Positions 13,257-26,063 of a DNA stretch of 64,000 nt are shown here, piece after piece. The translations under genes were made by a program, and so were the position numbers. This stretch comes from Macrostomum lignano (taxonomy: Eukaryota): positions 124,001-188,000 of the forward strand of contig NIVC01000041.1 in the NCBI GenBank assembly GCA_002269645.1, written 5' to 3'. Position 1 is the first letter of the stretch; each line of letters begins with the position of its first letter. A model generated the notes under the pieces. It did not search any database. It was not told where the DNA came from and saw only the letters and a program-made list of their open reading frames with translations.

Positions 13257-15780
13257 GTGGGCATGATTAAAAAAAAACAGAAAAAATCTGGCTACAATAT
13301 ACTTCAGGATTTGATCTAAAAGTATAGAGAAATATCAAAGCAAACAGCTACATGTATTTGTGTGTTTTGTATTAAGTGTCTATCATTGGGTCAAATATTG
13401 TAAGTCAAATTGTCTTTTTTAGTTTTATTAAATCCTTTTGTGTAGATTCCTTTGCATGTCTTTGGTGACTGTCTTAAAGTTATATAATGAATGACCTTCC
13501 TGATTTATAGATACATCTTTATAATTAGAAATTATTTATTACAAATTTATATACCACCTATATATTTATATATCTATATACCTAGATACAAAAACTAAAA
13601 TAACTTTATAATAATAGTAATCAAATTAAAAAGTTATTGGAATTCTATATATACAAAAAGCTTTTTAGCTAGGCCAATACTTATTATTTATTACTTTTTT
13701 ATACAACTAATATTTCTCTAACTCTGTAGTCCACTTTAATTTCCATTGTATATATATAGTTTTAATGTAAATAATAATAGCCTAATCATTTTTTTCATTT
13801 CTGATAGTAATTAATATTTTCTGCTAGCTAATTGCCAAAGAAAAAAGCTAAGCCAAGATCTAATTAGTTATATACTTTCCTTTTGCATTGAAAATCTGCT
13901 TAATCTAATTTATTTAAACTAGTAATCCTATCCTATAAATATAATATATTGAAGATGACCACTATATAGAATATTCTGGCATATAATATATATACATATA
14001 GTAGATTTGTAGATAGGGCTTTGGCATATAGATGAGCATATATAAAGATAATATGGCCAACATTGACATATATCGATCAATTTTAGATATATAATGATTG
14101 TGAAATATATATGACATTGCAATATATTAATAAAATATTAAGAATTTATTTTTTCATTTATATTTTTTAAAACATTCAAAACAATTGTTGAAATTATTTT
14201 TTATGAAAAATATAGGCCCTATATATTAGGTAGGGACTCTGAGAAGCTGAAAAACAGGGCCAAAAGTCGCAGAAAAAATGTAAATAGTGCCTATCATAAA
14301 TTGAAATAGAGCCAATGTGCAAATTAACCAGAAAATTTGAAATATACACTGAAAACTAGACAAATATGGAACATATGTCAATAGTTTTTAAACTATCTTA
14401 AAATGTGCAACCCAAACCAAGTTATGTTAGATGGAAATTTGGCTACTTTTGGTAGAAAAACCAAAGTGAGGACACAACTTAAAAAACCAATGCTTTGGAA
14501 ATTGAAATTTAGAGTAAATTAAGCCTATTTAAACATAAATAAAGACCAAATATGAGTAGAGTAGCAATTAAAGTGTGTTCTAGGGCAAAACAGCAAGATT
14601 CCACTACCCTATTTGGCTAGTGGAATTTTGTTTTCTTTTCTTCAAACCCTTCTAACGACAGCAACAATTCAATGTTTGGTTTCAAACAGGGCTTTGTGGA
14701 GTATGTCAATTGCAATTAAAACATCCAAAAAATGTGTTCCTACAGAGCATTTTCTCAGGTTGTAGTTTTTGCACTAAATGTCCATAAGGAATTTTAAAAA
14801 TATCTTTTTTAATTATCAAAAAGAAGCAATGAAGTTTTGAAAGCTGTTTCTAGCATAGATTTCATATCTGAATACAATGCAATAATCAGTTTGTGTGTAA
14901 AGTGTCCTGCATATGCATTTTTTGCATTTGAAGTTTTCTAAAGCTACTAACAGTAGAAAAATTAGCATTTTTTACTATTTTTTGCAGGAGAGCAAAACTT
15001 TGTTTATTTTTTTTGCTTTCTTCTTTTTTCCTGTTTTATTATCCAAAATGGCATACAAACAAGAGGAAACAATGATCTCATTGCCAGATTTTCCCACAAC
15101 CCCAATAATGGTACTAAGGGTTTGGGTAAAGGGCAGGAGTAAATACCTCATTATCTAATTAGTATTAATTAGATGGGCATTTTGCAACTTACCCTGGCTA
15201 GGCCACTTGCCAGACAGCTAGATTGGTTTGGTGTTGCATCTGGATGATATATATAAGGATAAAAATGGAAGAATTGTGGTTTGAGGATTAAAATTCTATT
15301 TATGGCACCTCATTATTTTGAGAATAGAAGAAAAACTCTCAATTGTGACTTAGTTCCCCCAATTGCAATTTAATTTTCACTTTGTATATAACTTCTTGTT
15401 TTTTTCTTTCTCTTTTCCTTTCTCTCTTTTCCCTTTCCCTTTTTCTCTTTTCTTTTCTCCCCCAATTTTTCATTTTTTGTGTTTTCAATTTTGTGACTTA
15501 CCTTGGCTAGCACCCATTTTACTTATCCAGTTTGGACACGTTGGACAAGTGTTGGGCATTTATGGGCCCAACCATAATATATATAGTTTTTTTTTAAAGT
15601 AAATACATTTTTTATCTAGCATAGATTTAATAATATAATTGACATCTTTGAGACTATAGATTTAAGACTAAGACTATTAGTTTAAAGAAATAAAAATATA
15701 ACTGGTTAATCAACTTTTATCTAGTGCCATGCCATGGCCTAATATCTTAAATTAGAATATATATATATATATATATATAT

Positions 15781-16259
15781 TGTGGTAAGGCGATCTACCA
15801 CTGACCGACGAACGTGATGATGCCGTGTGGTGACACTTGCTCATGACTCTCTGTTTTTCCATCACTCGGTACATCGTCTCTTGCCCTATCTTTTGCCATT
15901 GCTCAATTTTTTTGTTAGTTCCCATTTGCGGCTTTAGTGTCATCTGCTGCCCCATTGTCTGCCCCATTCCTTGCCCCATCCTTCGCCTTCTTGCCCTATC
16001 CCTGTCCAAATGACATTGTTTCCCCTATTTATAAAGCCATTTTGGGCCACCTTTTGGTTCGTCTCTTTTTCTCTCGCGCGCACATTTTTTCTGTATTTGT
16101 CGTTTTTCTTTGTGTAAACTTTGTGGTTTGTGCTCGTTCATTAGTGTTTGTGTTTATCCTGTTTCTGTTTAGTGTTTATAGTTTTTGCCTTTGCTAAGTA
16201 AAGTTTTAATAGTTTTGCTTAATAGTTAGTTGTTCGGCACCCAGCACCGGCCATGGACA
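15781..16259. mobile_element. Possible solo LTR next to (AT)n
   Basis: Segment of higher GC in AT-rich DNA bounded by TGT...ACA; no matching TSD found. Confidence 0.3.
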
Positions 16260-16899
16260 TCTTATGAAATTAATATTTATCTCTAACAACTACCGACTGG
16301 GCAATTAACAAAAATTATTAATAATAATTTACTAGTTGTTCATTTATCAAAGCCCTTGACAGTTTATCTTGAGTTATTTGCCTATGGGGCATTAAACAAC
16401 CAAACTCATCTCATCTCCAAATAAGCTCTGGGATCTCAACGTTCCGTAATACAAAATTACAGTGGTGGTAGTGCTACTCAACTGATAGTAATCATCTCAA
16501 CAACTCAGAAACAGATTTATGGTGTCTAGACCATTGAGTCTACAAATCTAAACAACCGGGCCACTATACGACTGCTCCGCTACGATTACGACTACCCTCC
16601 CATGGACCTGAGGACCCGGCTGTTGGAGTAAAAGGAGAAGAAATTTGTTGTGATTTGTCTGCGTGATTTTCTGGCTTTTTTGTGTGAACTCTATGCTGGC
16701 GGCAATCCAAACGGGAATCCACCCCACCTCACTAGTATCAGCAAATTTTCAAAGCCACCCATTCCAAGAAAATTCTTCTCCATCCCCACCTCAATATATA
16801 TAGATTAGAGACTTAATAAGTAACAAGTAACATAAAAAGTAACAAATAATAAGTGATTGGCCCTATCAATATATTAAATTATTAAATACTATATAAGAG

Positions 16900-17339
16900 G
16901 GCATAATCCTAGTTTCCCACATTAAATTATTTTGAGTTAAAAAATCAATTTAAAAAGTTAAAACAAGTTAGTCCATAGCAGTCAATAGTCTGCTAAGCTC
17001 ACTAAATAGTATAATAATGAGCAACCTAGAACAAGAAGTAGCCGAAGGACTTTTCCAAGTAAAGGCAGCGCCAGAAGTACTCGTTCAAGTGCAAATTGAA
17101 TAGGCCATTGCTGGTGCTGTTCTGTTCATGTTCTGGAACCTTGCCTTGACATGTATCCAAGTCTTTTCAATGGTATTCATGTGCAAAGTTCTTAGTTTGT
17201 AGGTTCTAACTAGATCTAGGTTACTTATTTTTATGCCATTTAGTGAGCTTAGCAGACTATTGACTGCTATGGACTAATTTTAACTTATTGCGTTGATTTT
17301 TTAACTCATAATTTAATGCAGGAAAACTAAGATTATGCC
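16900..17339 (-). mobile_element. Internally deleted Merlin (IS1595-like) DNA transposon remnant
   Basis: ~110-bp imperfect TIRs starting GGCATAATC. The internal minus-strand peptide HMNTIEKTWIHVK...(frameshift)...HLNEYFWR resembles the Merlin/ISXO2 transposase C-terminus. No TSD retained. Confidence 0.7.
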
Positions 17340-17705
17340 AAGAATGGGCTCAGCTAACAAAAACAATAAAAGTTGCTAATTGTTCTACAAATATAAAATA
17401 CTCATTATACCTAGCCTAGTTTGAGTAATTTATATTAGGCCTAGTCATAGTATAGGCCTAACTTACTTACAGATTTATATCAAACAAAATAAACGAGGCC
17501 TAGGCCTAGGCTAAACACTTCGCTTGGATACTTATGTTAGGCCTAAGTTACCCCTAAGCATTTGAAGTTTTGGCAGCTTTTCTGCCTTGGCTTCAGCAGG
17601 AGCAGCTCAGCTTTTTAAAAAGAACTAAGCTAGGCCGCCTCCTGACAGCTTAGTTGTAGAACATAAGTAAATTAGTAGGCCTAAGGAAAGTGTATAGGCC
17701 TAGCC

Positions 17706-18809
17706 CAGTGTTGGGCAAGTTACTTAAAAAAAGTAACTTGCGTTACTGTAACTTAAGTTACCAATTTTTAAAAAGTAACTTACGTTAGCCTAGTAACTTT
17801 AGACAAAAACCTGGTAACTTTTAAGTTACTGTCCGTTACTCACTTCCGTTACCCATGTTATTAACAAAATTTTCTGCTTTTTTCACATTGCACATTTTTT
17901 CACATTGTTGTTACCGAAATTTGCCATTGGGCATTGGGATTAACCGATTAACAGACAGAGACAGGAATTGGCGACACGATGTGAGGCAAATAGAAGGACC
18001 AATGGGCAATGGCAATCAATAATTAAAATTATAAATGATAAAATAAACGAATATCAATAATTCAATAGAGTAAAATAAATAGAACTGTATAAAATGGTGT
18101 AGTGTACTGCAGTGCCAGTGGAGGGACTTGTGGAGGCTACAGATGAATTTCTTTCTTTGGTTGTTTGTTTGAATCAAACTTGAAAATTTTTAGTAACGAA
18201 AATGGGCCTTTTCATATAGCTAGTTCTGGTTCCAGAATCAGAACCAATTTGTGAAGTATAACTTTTTGTCTCCATAACTAGAGGGAGATACGTGCTATAA
18301 AGTTTTTATTATTGAATGAAAATCGCTAAGAAGAAAGTGAAAAATTGTGCTATGTGAGGTTGTTAAGGCAGTCAAACATTCAACAGAATTAAATAGTTAT
18401 ACTGCTGTTTTTCTTGGAAGATCCGAACCGATTCTGATTCTGGAATTGGTAATATGAAAAGCCTCAATGAAAGGCGAAAATATTTTACCAATATTAACAA
18501 AGTAAAACATGTTTCAAGTATTTCTTCATTAATTAAACGCAATACCATATGATACTATTCACTTAATTTTGAATTTATGAATGAAAAATGCAAAAACATG
18601 TGACAACCGGCGTACTAGCTAAGCATTTCAGTTTTTAATTTAAATATTGCGATTGTTGCAAAGTAACTGTAACGGACTTCCGAAATTTGAGTAACTTACC
18701 GTTACTCCGTTACTAAAATAAAAAAGTAACTTGCGTAAGGAACGCTTTACGAAAAAGTAACTTGCGTTACCATTTGCAAGTTACTCGGTAACGGAAGTGC
18801 CCAACACTG
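17706..18809. mobile_element. Non-autonomous hAT-type DNA transposon
   Basis: TIRs CAGTGTTGGGCA / TGCCCAACACTG, a perfect 8-bp TSD GCCTAGCC on both sides, and subterminal gtaac/gttac repeats. Confidence 0.88.
18204..18465. mobile_element. MITE nested in the hAT element (PIF/Harbinger-like)
   Basis: Imperfect TIRs gggccttttcatat...ttccagaatcagaa / ttctgattctggaa...atatgaaaagcctc; flanking 3-bp AAT duplication. Confidence 0.55.
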
Positions 18810-20176
18810 GCCTAGCCTAGCCTAACCTAGGCCCTATAGGTTCAGTTCAGAAAAGATAACAGATTAGGATTAGAGACAGTAGGTTGATTGATAATTTCTG
18901 TCATTTATTTGACTTAAAGCCAATCGCAGATTAAAATACAGGCGAAACGCGTGGCTGTTAAAAGGGATAGGCCTAGGACTCTAATATTTAATGTATATAA
19001 AATGAAGGCAGGCGACAAGGCCTAATCACATGGCCCGTAGAACTAGCTGATGTTGAAATTATCAACAAATGTATTATTTAAAACCTAGAACTGCTATACA
19101 CTTCGGCTTGCTTTTAGATATCAATGGTTATTGATATAGTGATTCTTTATAAATGACCGTAAAATTGTTTATTTTAGCTTTGAACTTCACACCACTGCCA
19201 AAGTATTTGTTAAAACGACTGAAACTACTGTAAATTAAATGAACAATAAATTAAAAGTCAATGACCAATTTTAGGTCAGATCGAGGTCGGATCCCAGCGA
19301 TATCGCAATTCAGAGATTCCACCTTCCACGTTCTGACGTTCAGTGGTGTAGCTAGACGCCAGGATTTTCATCTGGTGAGGGTAGTCGCAGGCAAAACATG
19401 CATAGTAAATGTTATTGTAACAATCGATGGTAAATTACACAACAGAAGATATTTGCCACTATGCCGCCCAGTCCTATTCTAGTTCCTAGTCTCTGAACTG
19501 AACGAAATATTTTAGCGTCACAGGCTTGGTTTTAGCGCCGCAGGCAAATTATAGCTCTTGAAATTGTGTTACTATAAACCTTATATTGACAATTAAAACA
19601 ATGGGAAGCACTCTAAGTTTATTTAATCTAATGTAGATTATTGAATTATTTCTTGGTTATTCTCGATCTTTTTTACGACTTCTATTATTTCAGTGATCTT
19701 GTAATATCCGCAAATTTGTCTAAGTTTCATTATCAAAAGTAGATTGGCAAAAATCTTTATAACTTCAATCTGAGACCTAAGTGACAGACTGGTAATTTTT
19801 TATATTCCTTATTAGAATGAATCTCATCATATAATGAATTTAATGTTATATCAGGATTTTATAGTTTTCGAAATATAAAATATGTATACTTTAAGAGTAT
19901 GAATAAATATGAGTGCTTTAATTTGGTCATTGTATAATAAGTTGAGCAGGAACAAAAACTAACTAGAAAACATAGCCTATCAATTAAAAAAGATAATTTC
20001 CTAACGAATTTTCACTTATAATTGACAAGTTTTTCTCCAGTTTTATGCATTTATATTTTTTTATTATTACCATTGGAATTTTCTGTTTAGACTGAGAGAC
20101 TGATCCAGAACACCGGATATTTTGCTTTCTTCATTCCCAGTCGGAGGAGAGCAGAAAATAATTCTAAAGCGCAGCT

Positions 20177-21315
20177 ATGCAGAGCCCAGACAGCTATGAA
20201 CAGTCAATTAGCGTCTGGGACATTGTCTGCCAGTACTCAGCAGTCTCTGAGCACCATGAGCTGCGTCAGCTAATTGGTGAAGACCTGATCGATCAGACAT
20301 TGGAGCTGCGCCGTGAGCTCGAGCTGCTCCGCGAGCTCCTGGCTGACGCGGACGATGGTCAGCAGCCGCCGCCGCCTCCACCGGCCGCTCGCCTGCCGGA
20401 GCCGCCGCAGATGCGGGAGCGACTCACCCAGGAGATTGTATTTTTCCTAGAGAGCATCCGGGAGCGAACCAGGCGGTCTGGCGGAATCGGCTCAGACGAT
20501 TTGAAGCGGCTGGCTGTGAGCCAGGAAGTGGTGGACTACGCCTACGAGAGCAGCAGCAGCCGTGAGCTTTGTGCTGATTTTGAGCTCACCATTCCCCCCC
20601 CCATCATACGCCATCAAAGAGTCCAAGTTTTTTCGTGATTTCGTGTAAACAAGCCTTTATTGACTTAGTTGGGGCATCTAGTGTTTTCTCTGACATTATT
20701 CAACATTATTGAGAATGACTCAACTTAACAACTGTGATATCATATAAATTTGTGTTGAAGAAGTCATGCATTTCTACGAGCAGACAGTCAGATAGAGAGG
20801 CTTCGCGGGACAAAGTTTGGTGACCCTTGGCCTACGGTACCAATCTTTCTCGAAAGGCTCTCAGTATATGAAATTTATTCCATCCAAACACTTTATCCTC
20901 TACTTATTCAGTGGGCATATTCGACAATAAATCGACTTTCTTTGCAGGCCCCTCAACTGGCATGTCGCGCCTCTCACTGGGCGAAGTGCGCGTCACCCCG
21001 TGCTCAAGCCGGCCTGGGTCCAGGTCGGCCAGGAGCGTCACTGCTGCTGGCTCGGCAGCCGCAGAGGTGGACGTCGCCCAGATGCGCGACCAGCTCACCT
21101 ACATGCGCTGCGACGAAGTTAGAAAGAGGCTCAGGTGAGTTCCGTTGGTTTGTTGCAATAGTTAGTTAATTAGTTAGTTGGCTAGTTAGTTAGCTAATTA
21201 TTTGTCTAGTTAGTTATTAGTTAGCTAATTAGTTTGTTAGCTAGTTAGCTAATTAGTTTGTTTGTTTGTTTGTTTGTTTGTTTGTTTGTTAGTTGGTTAG
21301 TTCGTTAGTTAGTTG

Positions 21316-21365
<50 letters not shown>

Positions 21366-21383
21366 CAGTCAGTTAGTTAGTTT

Positions 21384-21465
<82 letters not shown>

Positions 21466-21489
21466 CAGTTAGTTTGTTTGTTTGTTAGT

Positions 21490-21550
<61 letters not shown>

Positions 21551-21551
21551 G

Positions 21552-21602
<51 letters not shown>

Positions 21603-21603
21603 C

Positions 21604-21662
<59 letters not shown>

Positions 21663-21683
21663 GGTTAGTTAGTTAGTTAGTTG

Positions 21684-21730
<47 letters not shown>

Positions 21731-21768
21731 GGTTAGTTAGTTAGTTGGTTAGTTAGTTAGTTAGTGTT

Positions 21769-21804
<36 letters not shown>

Positions 21805-23397
21805 CTACATGTAGCTAGTTAGCTAGTTAATCACACGGGTGCATGCGGCCAGACTTCTCGTCATTAGGCATGTACACTTTCTTTGGCTCATTTAGTCGCT
21901 AAAGATTTATCAAGGCGTAAAATTGCCGAGCTGGAGTCAATTAAAATGATAATCTTGTTTGGGACACCGGTTATAATTTAGTTTCTCTTCTCTTGATATA
22001 ATTTTTTGTGAAAGAAAACTGGCAGTTGTTCCTACTTTTAGTAAGATTTATTCCGCTTATTAACGAGCAAGGAGCGCATTTTTTTTTAACTAAGATGAAC
22101 AAAATCGTGACTGTTAGACCATATGCATCCGCTGCACAATCTTGAATTCCATTAACCTAATAGGCTTAGGATGTCTGTTTCAGTTCAATCTTATCACTCC
22201 ATTAGACTGAAATCCTTAGTCCACGAGAGTTTGGCTCATCAACATAAGAAGCTTTAGAAATTTTGAAAAGTTCCCGCTGTGCTGCAATTTCATTACCTGG
22301 CAGCTATTTTTAAATCCTTTAACTTTAAATTTTACTTGTCCATAGGCAGTAGCTTCACAACCCCCGAGATTCACAACCTCTAAGATTCACAAACCCCGAG
22401 ATTCACAAACCTCCCGAGATTCACAACCCCGAGATACACAACCCCGAGATACACAACCCCGAGATACACAACCCCGAGATACACAACTCTCCCTCCTCGA
22501 GATTCACAACCCCGAGATACACAACCCCGAGATACACAACCCCGAGATACACAACCCCGAGATACACAACCCCAAGATACACAACCCCGAGATACACAAC
22601 CCCAAGATACACAACCCCGAGATACACAACCCCGAGATTCACAACCTCGAGATTCACAAACTCCGAGATTCGCAACCCCGAGAGTCACTACGAGCTACCC
22701 CTGAGATTTGCAACATCCCGAGATTCACAACATCCCGAGATTCACAAACCCCGAGATTCACAACCCCGAGATTCACAACCCCGAGATTCACTACCCTCGA
22801 GATTCACAACCCCGAGCTTCACGACCCTCAAGCTTCGAAATTCCCAAACTACAAAAAACCATTAAAAAATATCACCAGACTTCAGAGCATTCAGTTAGAG
22901 TTGAATGTAAGAGTAAACCAAGTCTGTAATAAAGCCAATTTGCTCAAGACAACATTCCGTGAGCCACTCTCTATTCTATAGTCACGCTAAATCGCTATAA
23001 AAAATGGTAATTCAAAACCAGGCAATATCTTCAAGAGGAAATCGAGGCGCTTAAGCAAGACCTTGCCAGCATGCAGGAGGCGGTAGCGTCCGGTAGGTCG
23101 TCGCCCAGCATTGTCTCGGCCCGGGCCACCTACAGAGAGCCGACTCTGGCGGAGCTTCGAACCGAACGCCACAAACTGGAACAGGCTCTGCTGTCGTCGG
23201 CCGCCTCCGCTGCTCCCCTGATTCAACAGCAGCCCAGTCAGCAGCACCTGCAGTTCAACAAGCCGGCCAACGCGTCCATTGCTAGACAGCCGAGTGAGCA
23301 GTTTGCAAGGCGACCATCGTCTGCGCAGCGACTTCGTTCGCTGGTGCAGCAGAGCCGGTTACAGCCGGAGCTGCCCGCTGTGGTTAACTCTGATTGA
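20177..23397 (+). CDS. CCDC24: CCDC24-like coiled-coil protein; exons 20177-20561, 20948-21134, 23022-23397; ~315 aa
   Basis: N-terminus SVWDIV...ELRQLIGEDLIDQTLELRRELELLRELL...PPQMRERLTQEI resembles CCDC24. GT-AG junctions are phase-compatible (phase 1, phase 2), giving one continuous ORF. The exon 3 acceptor is weak. Confidence 0.72.
21160..21830. repeat. (GTTA)n microsatellite in CCDC24-like intron 2
   Basis: Directly visible. Confidence 0.97.
21832..21878 (-). mobile_element. Fragment of SINE-like family B (hairpin region)
   Basis: Reverse complement gtgtacatgcctaatgacgagaagtctggccgcatgcacccgtgtg aligns with 696-745. Confidence 0.5.
22355..22830. repeat. 15-bp minisatellite (cacaaccccgagata)
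   Basis: Tandem units visible. Confidence 0.93.
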
Positions 23398-23544
23398 AGT
23401 GACAGATTTCAGTTTTTTTCCAGCTTCTGTTTATCTGCATCGCAGATCAGTTTTTAGTCTTCAAAATAGTTGTGGTCAGATGCTTCAGCAATTCAGATAG
23501 AGTGCTGCTTGACCATTGTGAGCTTTTGGTTTTTGCTGGATGTG

Positions 23545-24440
23545 ATCAACCATGGTCTTCTACCCGTCCACTGGACATCAACCACAGGTCTTCTCTCTCC
23601 TCCAGTCCACTGGACATCAACCACAGGTCTTCTCTCTCCTCCAGTCCACTGGACATCAATCACCGATCTTCTCCCCAGTCCACTAGACATCAACCACCGG
23701 TCTTCTCCCCAGTCCACTAGACATCAACCACCGGTCTTCTCCCCAGTCCACTAGACATCAACCACCGGTCTTCTCCCCAGTCCACTGGACATCAACCACC
23801 GGTCTTCTCCCCAGTCCACTAGACATCAACCACCGGTCTTCTCCCCAGTCCACTGGACATCAAACACCGGTCTTCTCCCCAGTCCACTAGACATCAACCA
23901 CCGGTCTTCTCCCCAGTCCACTGGACATCAACCACCGGTCTTCTCTCTCCCCCAGTCTACTGGACATCAACCACCGATCTTCTCCCCAGTCCACTAGACA
24001 TCAACCACCGGTCTTCTCCCCAGTCCACTGGACATCAACCACCGGTCTTCTCTCTCCCCCAGTCTACTGGACATCAACCACCGATCTTCTCCCCAGTCCA
24101 CTAGACATCAACCACCGGTCTTCTCCCCAGTCCACTGGACATCAACCACCGGTCTTCTCCCCAGTCCACTAGACATCAACCACCGGTCTTCTCCCCAGTC
24201 CACTGGACATCAACCACCGGTCTTCTCTCTCCTCTGGTCTACTGGACATCAACCACCGGTCTTCTCCCCAGTCCACTGGACATCAACCACCGGTCTTCTC
24301 CCCAGTCCACTAGACATCAACCACCGGTCTTCTCCCCAGTCCACTGGACATCAACTACCGGTCTTCTCTCTCCTCTGGTCCACTGGACATCAACCACCGG
24401 TCTTCTCCCCAGTCCACTGGACATCAAACACCGATCTGCT
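23545..24440. repeat. 34-bp minisatellite (ccagtccactagacatcaaccaccggtcttctcc) with longer variants
   Basis: Tandem units visible. Confidence 0.95.
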
Positions 24441-24916
24441 CACCCAGTCAAATGGAGTGCTCACGTTCTCACCTGTGTGATCTCGCATTTACTTATGTAC
24501 TTGTACCGTATCAACAAAAAATTTCACAGTTTTATTTTTGCACAGTTTTCGTTGATTCGCTGTTTTTCCTAGCACCTGCTTCACATACTGTGAGTTATAT
24601 TTTACTTATAATTGTTTCAATTTTGTAACTGAACTGGAAGAAATATTGTTTGCATTGTTAGGGAAGAATACGACGTGTCAGTTACTATGCATGGACCACT
24701 GTCTACTACATGAAGTAGGCAAAAACTAGCCTTGTATTTTTCTTGCGTGATTTTTGCTTCTTTTAGACAGCAATGATAAGCCAAGCAAAGTAATACATTT
24801 AACACTTCCATCACGGCGTGTTTGACTGATTTTCTCCGAACTAGACACCACATGTTTACGCATGTATTTCTTTTTTTGCGAACCTATCCATGAGAGCCAA
24901 AACCAAAAAGACCAAT

Positions 24917-25443
24917 GTTGAAGGATGAGTGCATTGTTTCGACAAGCGTTGAAGGATGAGTGCATTGTTTCGACAAGCGTTAAAGGATGAGTGCATTGTT
25001 TCGACAAGCGTTGAAGGATGAGTGCATTGTTTCGACAAGCGTTGAAGGATGAGTGCATTGTTTCGACAAGCGTTGAAGGATGAGTGCATTGTTTCGACAA
25101 GCGTTGAAGGATGAGTGCATTGTTTCGACAAGCGTTGAAGGATGAGTCAAGGACAACTTAAGTTTAGTAAGAAATGAAAACCTGAATGGTTTACTACAAC
25201 ACACACAGTCCTGTGCTCTATTTGTAGCGGTCGAATCCTAGGCTTATGTACGTAGAACTTTATACGGCTTACGGGCCTCCAAAAAAATTTCCACGAAAGC
25301 TGAGTGTCGCGTCCTATATATAACGTAAGTAACTTCAGTTGTCCTTGGGATGAGTGCATTGTTGCGACAAGCGTTAAATGATGAGTGCATTATTGCGACA
25401 AGCGTTGAAGGATGAGTGCATTATTGCGACAAGCGTTGAAGGA
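24917..25443. repeat. 31-bp minisatellite (ttgaaggatgagtgcattgtttcgacaagcg) split by a MITE
   Basis: Units at 24917-25147 and 25348-25443. Confidence 0.92.
25148..25347. mobile_element. 200-bp MITE with 17-bp TIRs and 8-bp TSD (P- or hAT-superfamily type)
   Basis: TIR CAAGGACAACT(T/G)AAGTT at both ends; exact TSD GGATGAGT at 25140-25147 and 25348-25355. Confidence 0.88.
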
Positions 25444-26063
25444 TTACTACTGAAGGCTGTGAGTCCATGAAATATCTATTTAAAGCTATCGGCTATGTAT
25501 TTATCCACACAAAAAAAGTGCTCTGTTGTGACTATAGACAGGTGAAGCATATCAGAGAACCAAACACTAACTAGTAAATCAAAGCAGACTTTTATGTTCG
25601 ACTTTGCTTGCCCTTATTGACACGAGAAACGCGCCGAATGATGGGAATCACGTGCACTGCATCCGTGACATCAGAGAGGGTTTTGCAGAGTTTCCATGGT
25701 TACAACTTATTGACGGCTCTATCTCTTGTTACTTACGAGTAAAAGCAGTCGTGTGTGCCGCTTTCTACTCTTTGCCCTCATTTAGCAGTGCAGCCGGGTC
25801 CAACTCAATGCAATGAATGAAGTCTTTTGAGCATAGACAGCAGCGTTGCATTCTAGGATATACGCTCGTAACTACGCCTATAGCAGAACTGCGTTTAGTC
25901 CATGGTCAAAACTGACTCAAGCCTGACAGACGAAAGTGAAAATGATTAGGGGCGCTGCACTTCCCTCCCATCGACGAGATTGCTGGGCGCACTCAGCCGG
26001 TCTGCTGGCAGGACTAAAAACACAAAAAGTACGCACGATTACCGACAGCCGACCAAATTCACC

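Noticed and set aside
15180-15510. Two acttacc(c/t)tggctag motifs resembling the U1 snRNA 5' end
   Set aside because: No further U1 sequence follows; they may only be minus-strand splice-donor-like sites.
16520-16800. Coding-like stretch (RATIRLLRYDYDYPPMDLRTRLLE*...)
   Set aside because: It contains an internal stop and no recognisable domain, so it cannot be assigned.
18840-19502. 12-bp inverted repeat gttcagttcaga / tctgaactgaac as a MITE
   Set aside because: The repeat is short and low in complexity, and no TSD is present.
24917-25443. CRISPR-like appearance of ~31-bp repeats with an interruption
   Set aside because: The repeats are directly adjacent with no unique spacers, the interruption is a TIR/TSD MITE, the context is eukaryotic, and there are no cas genes.
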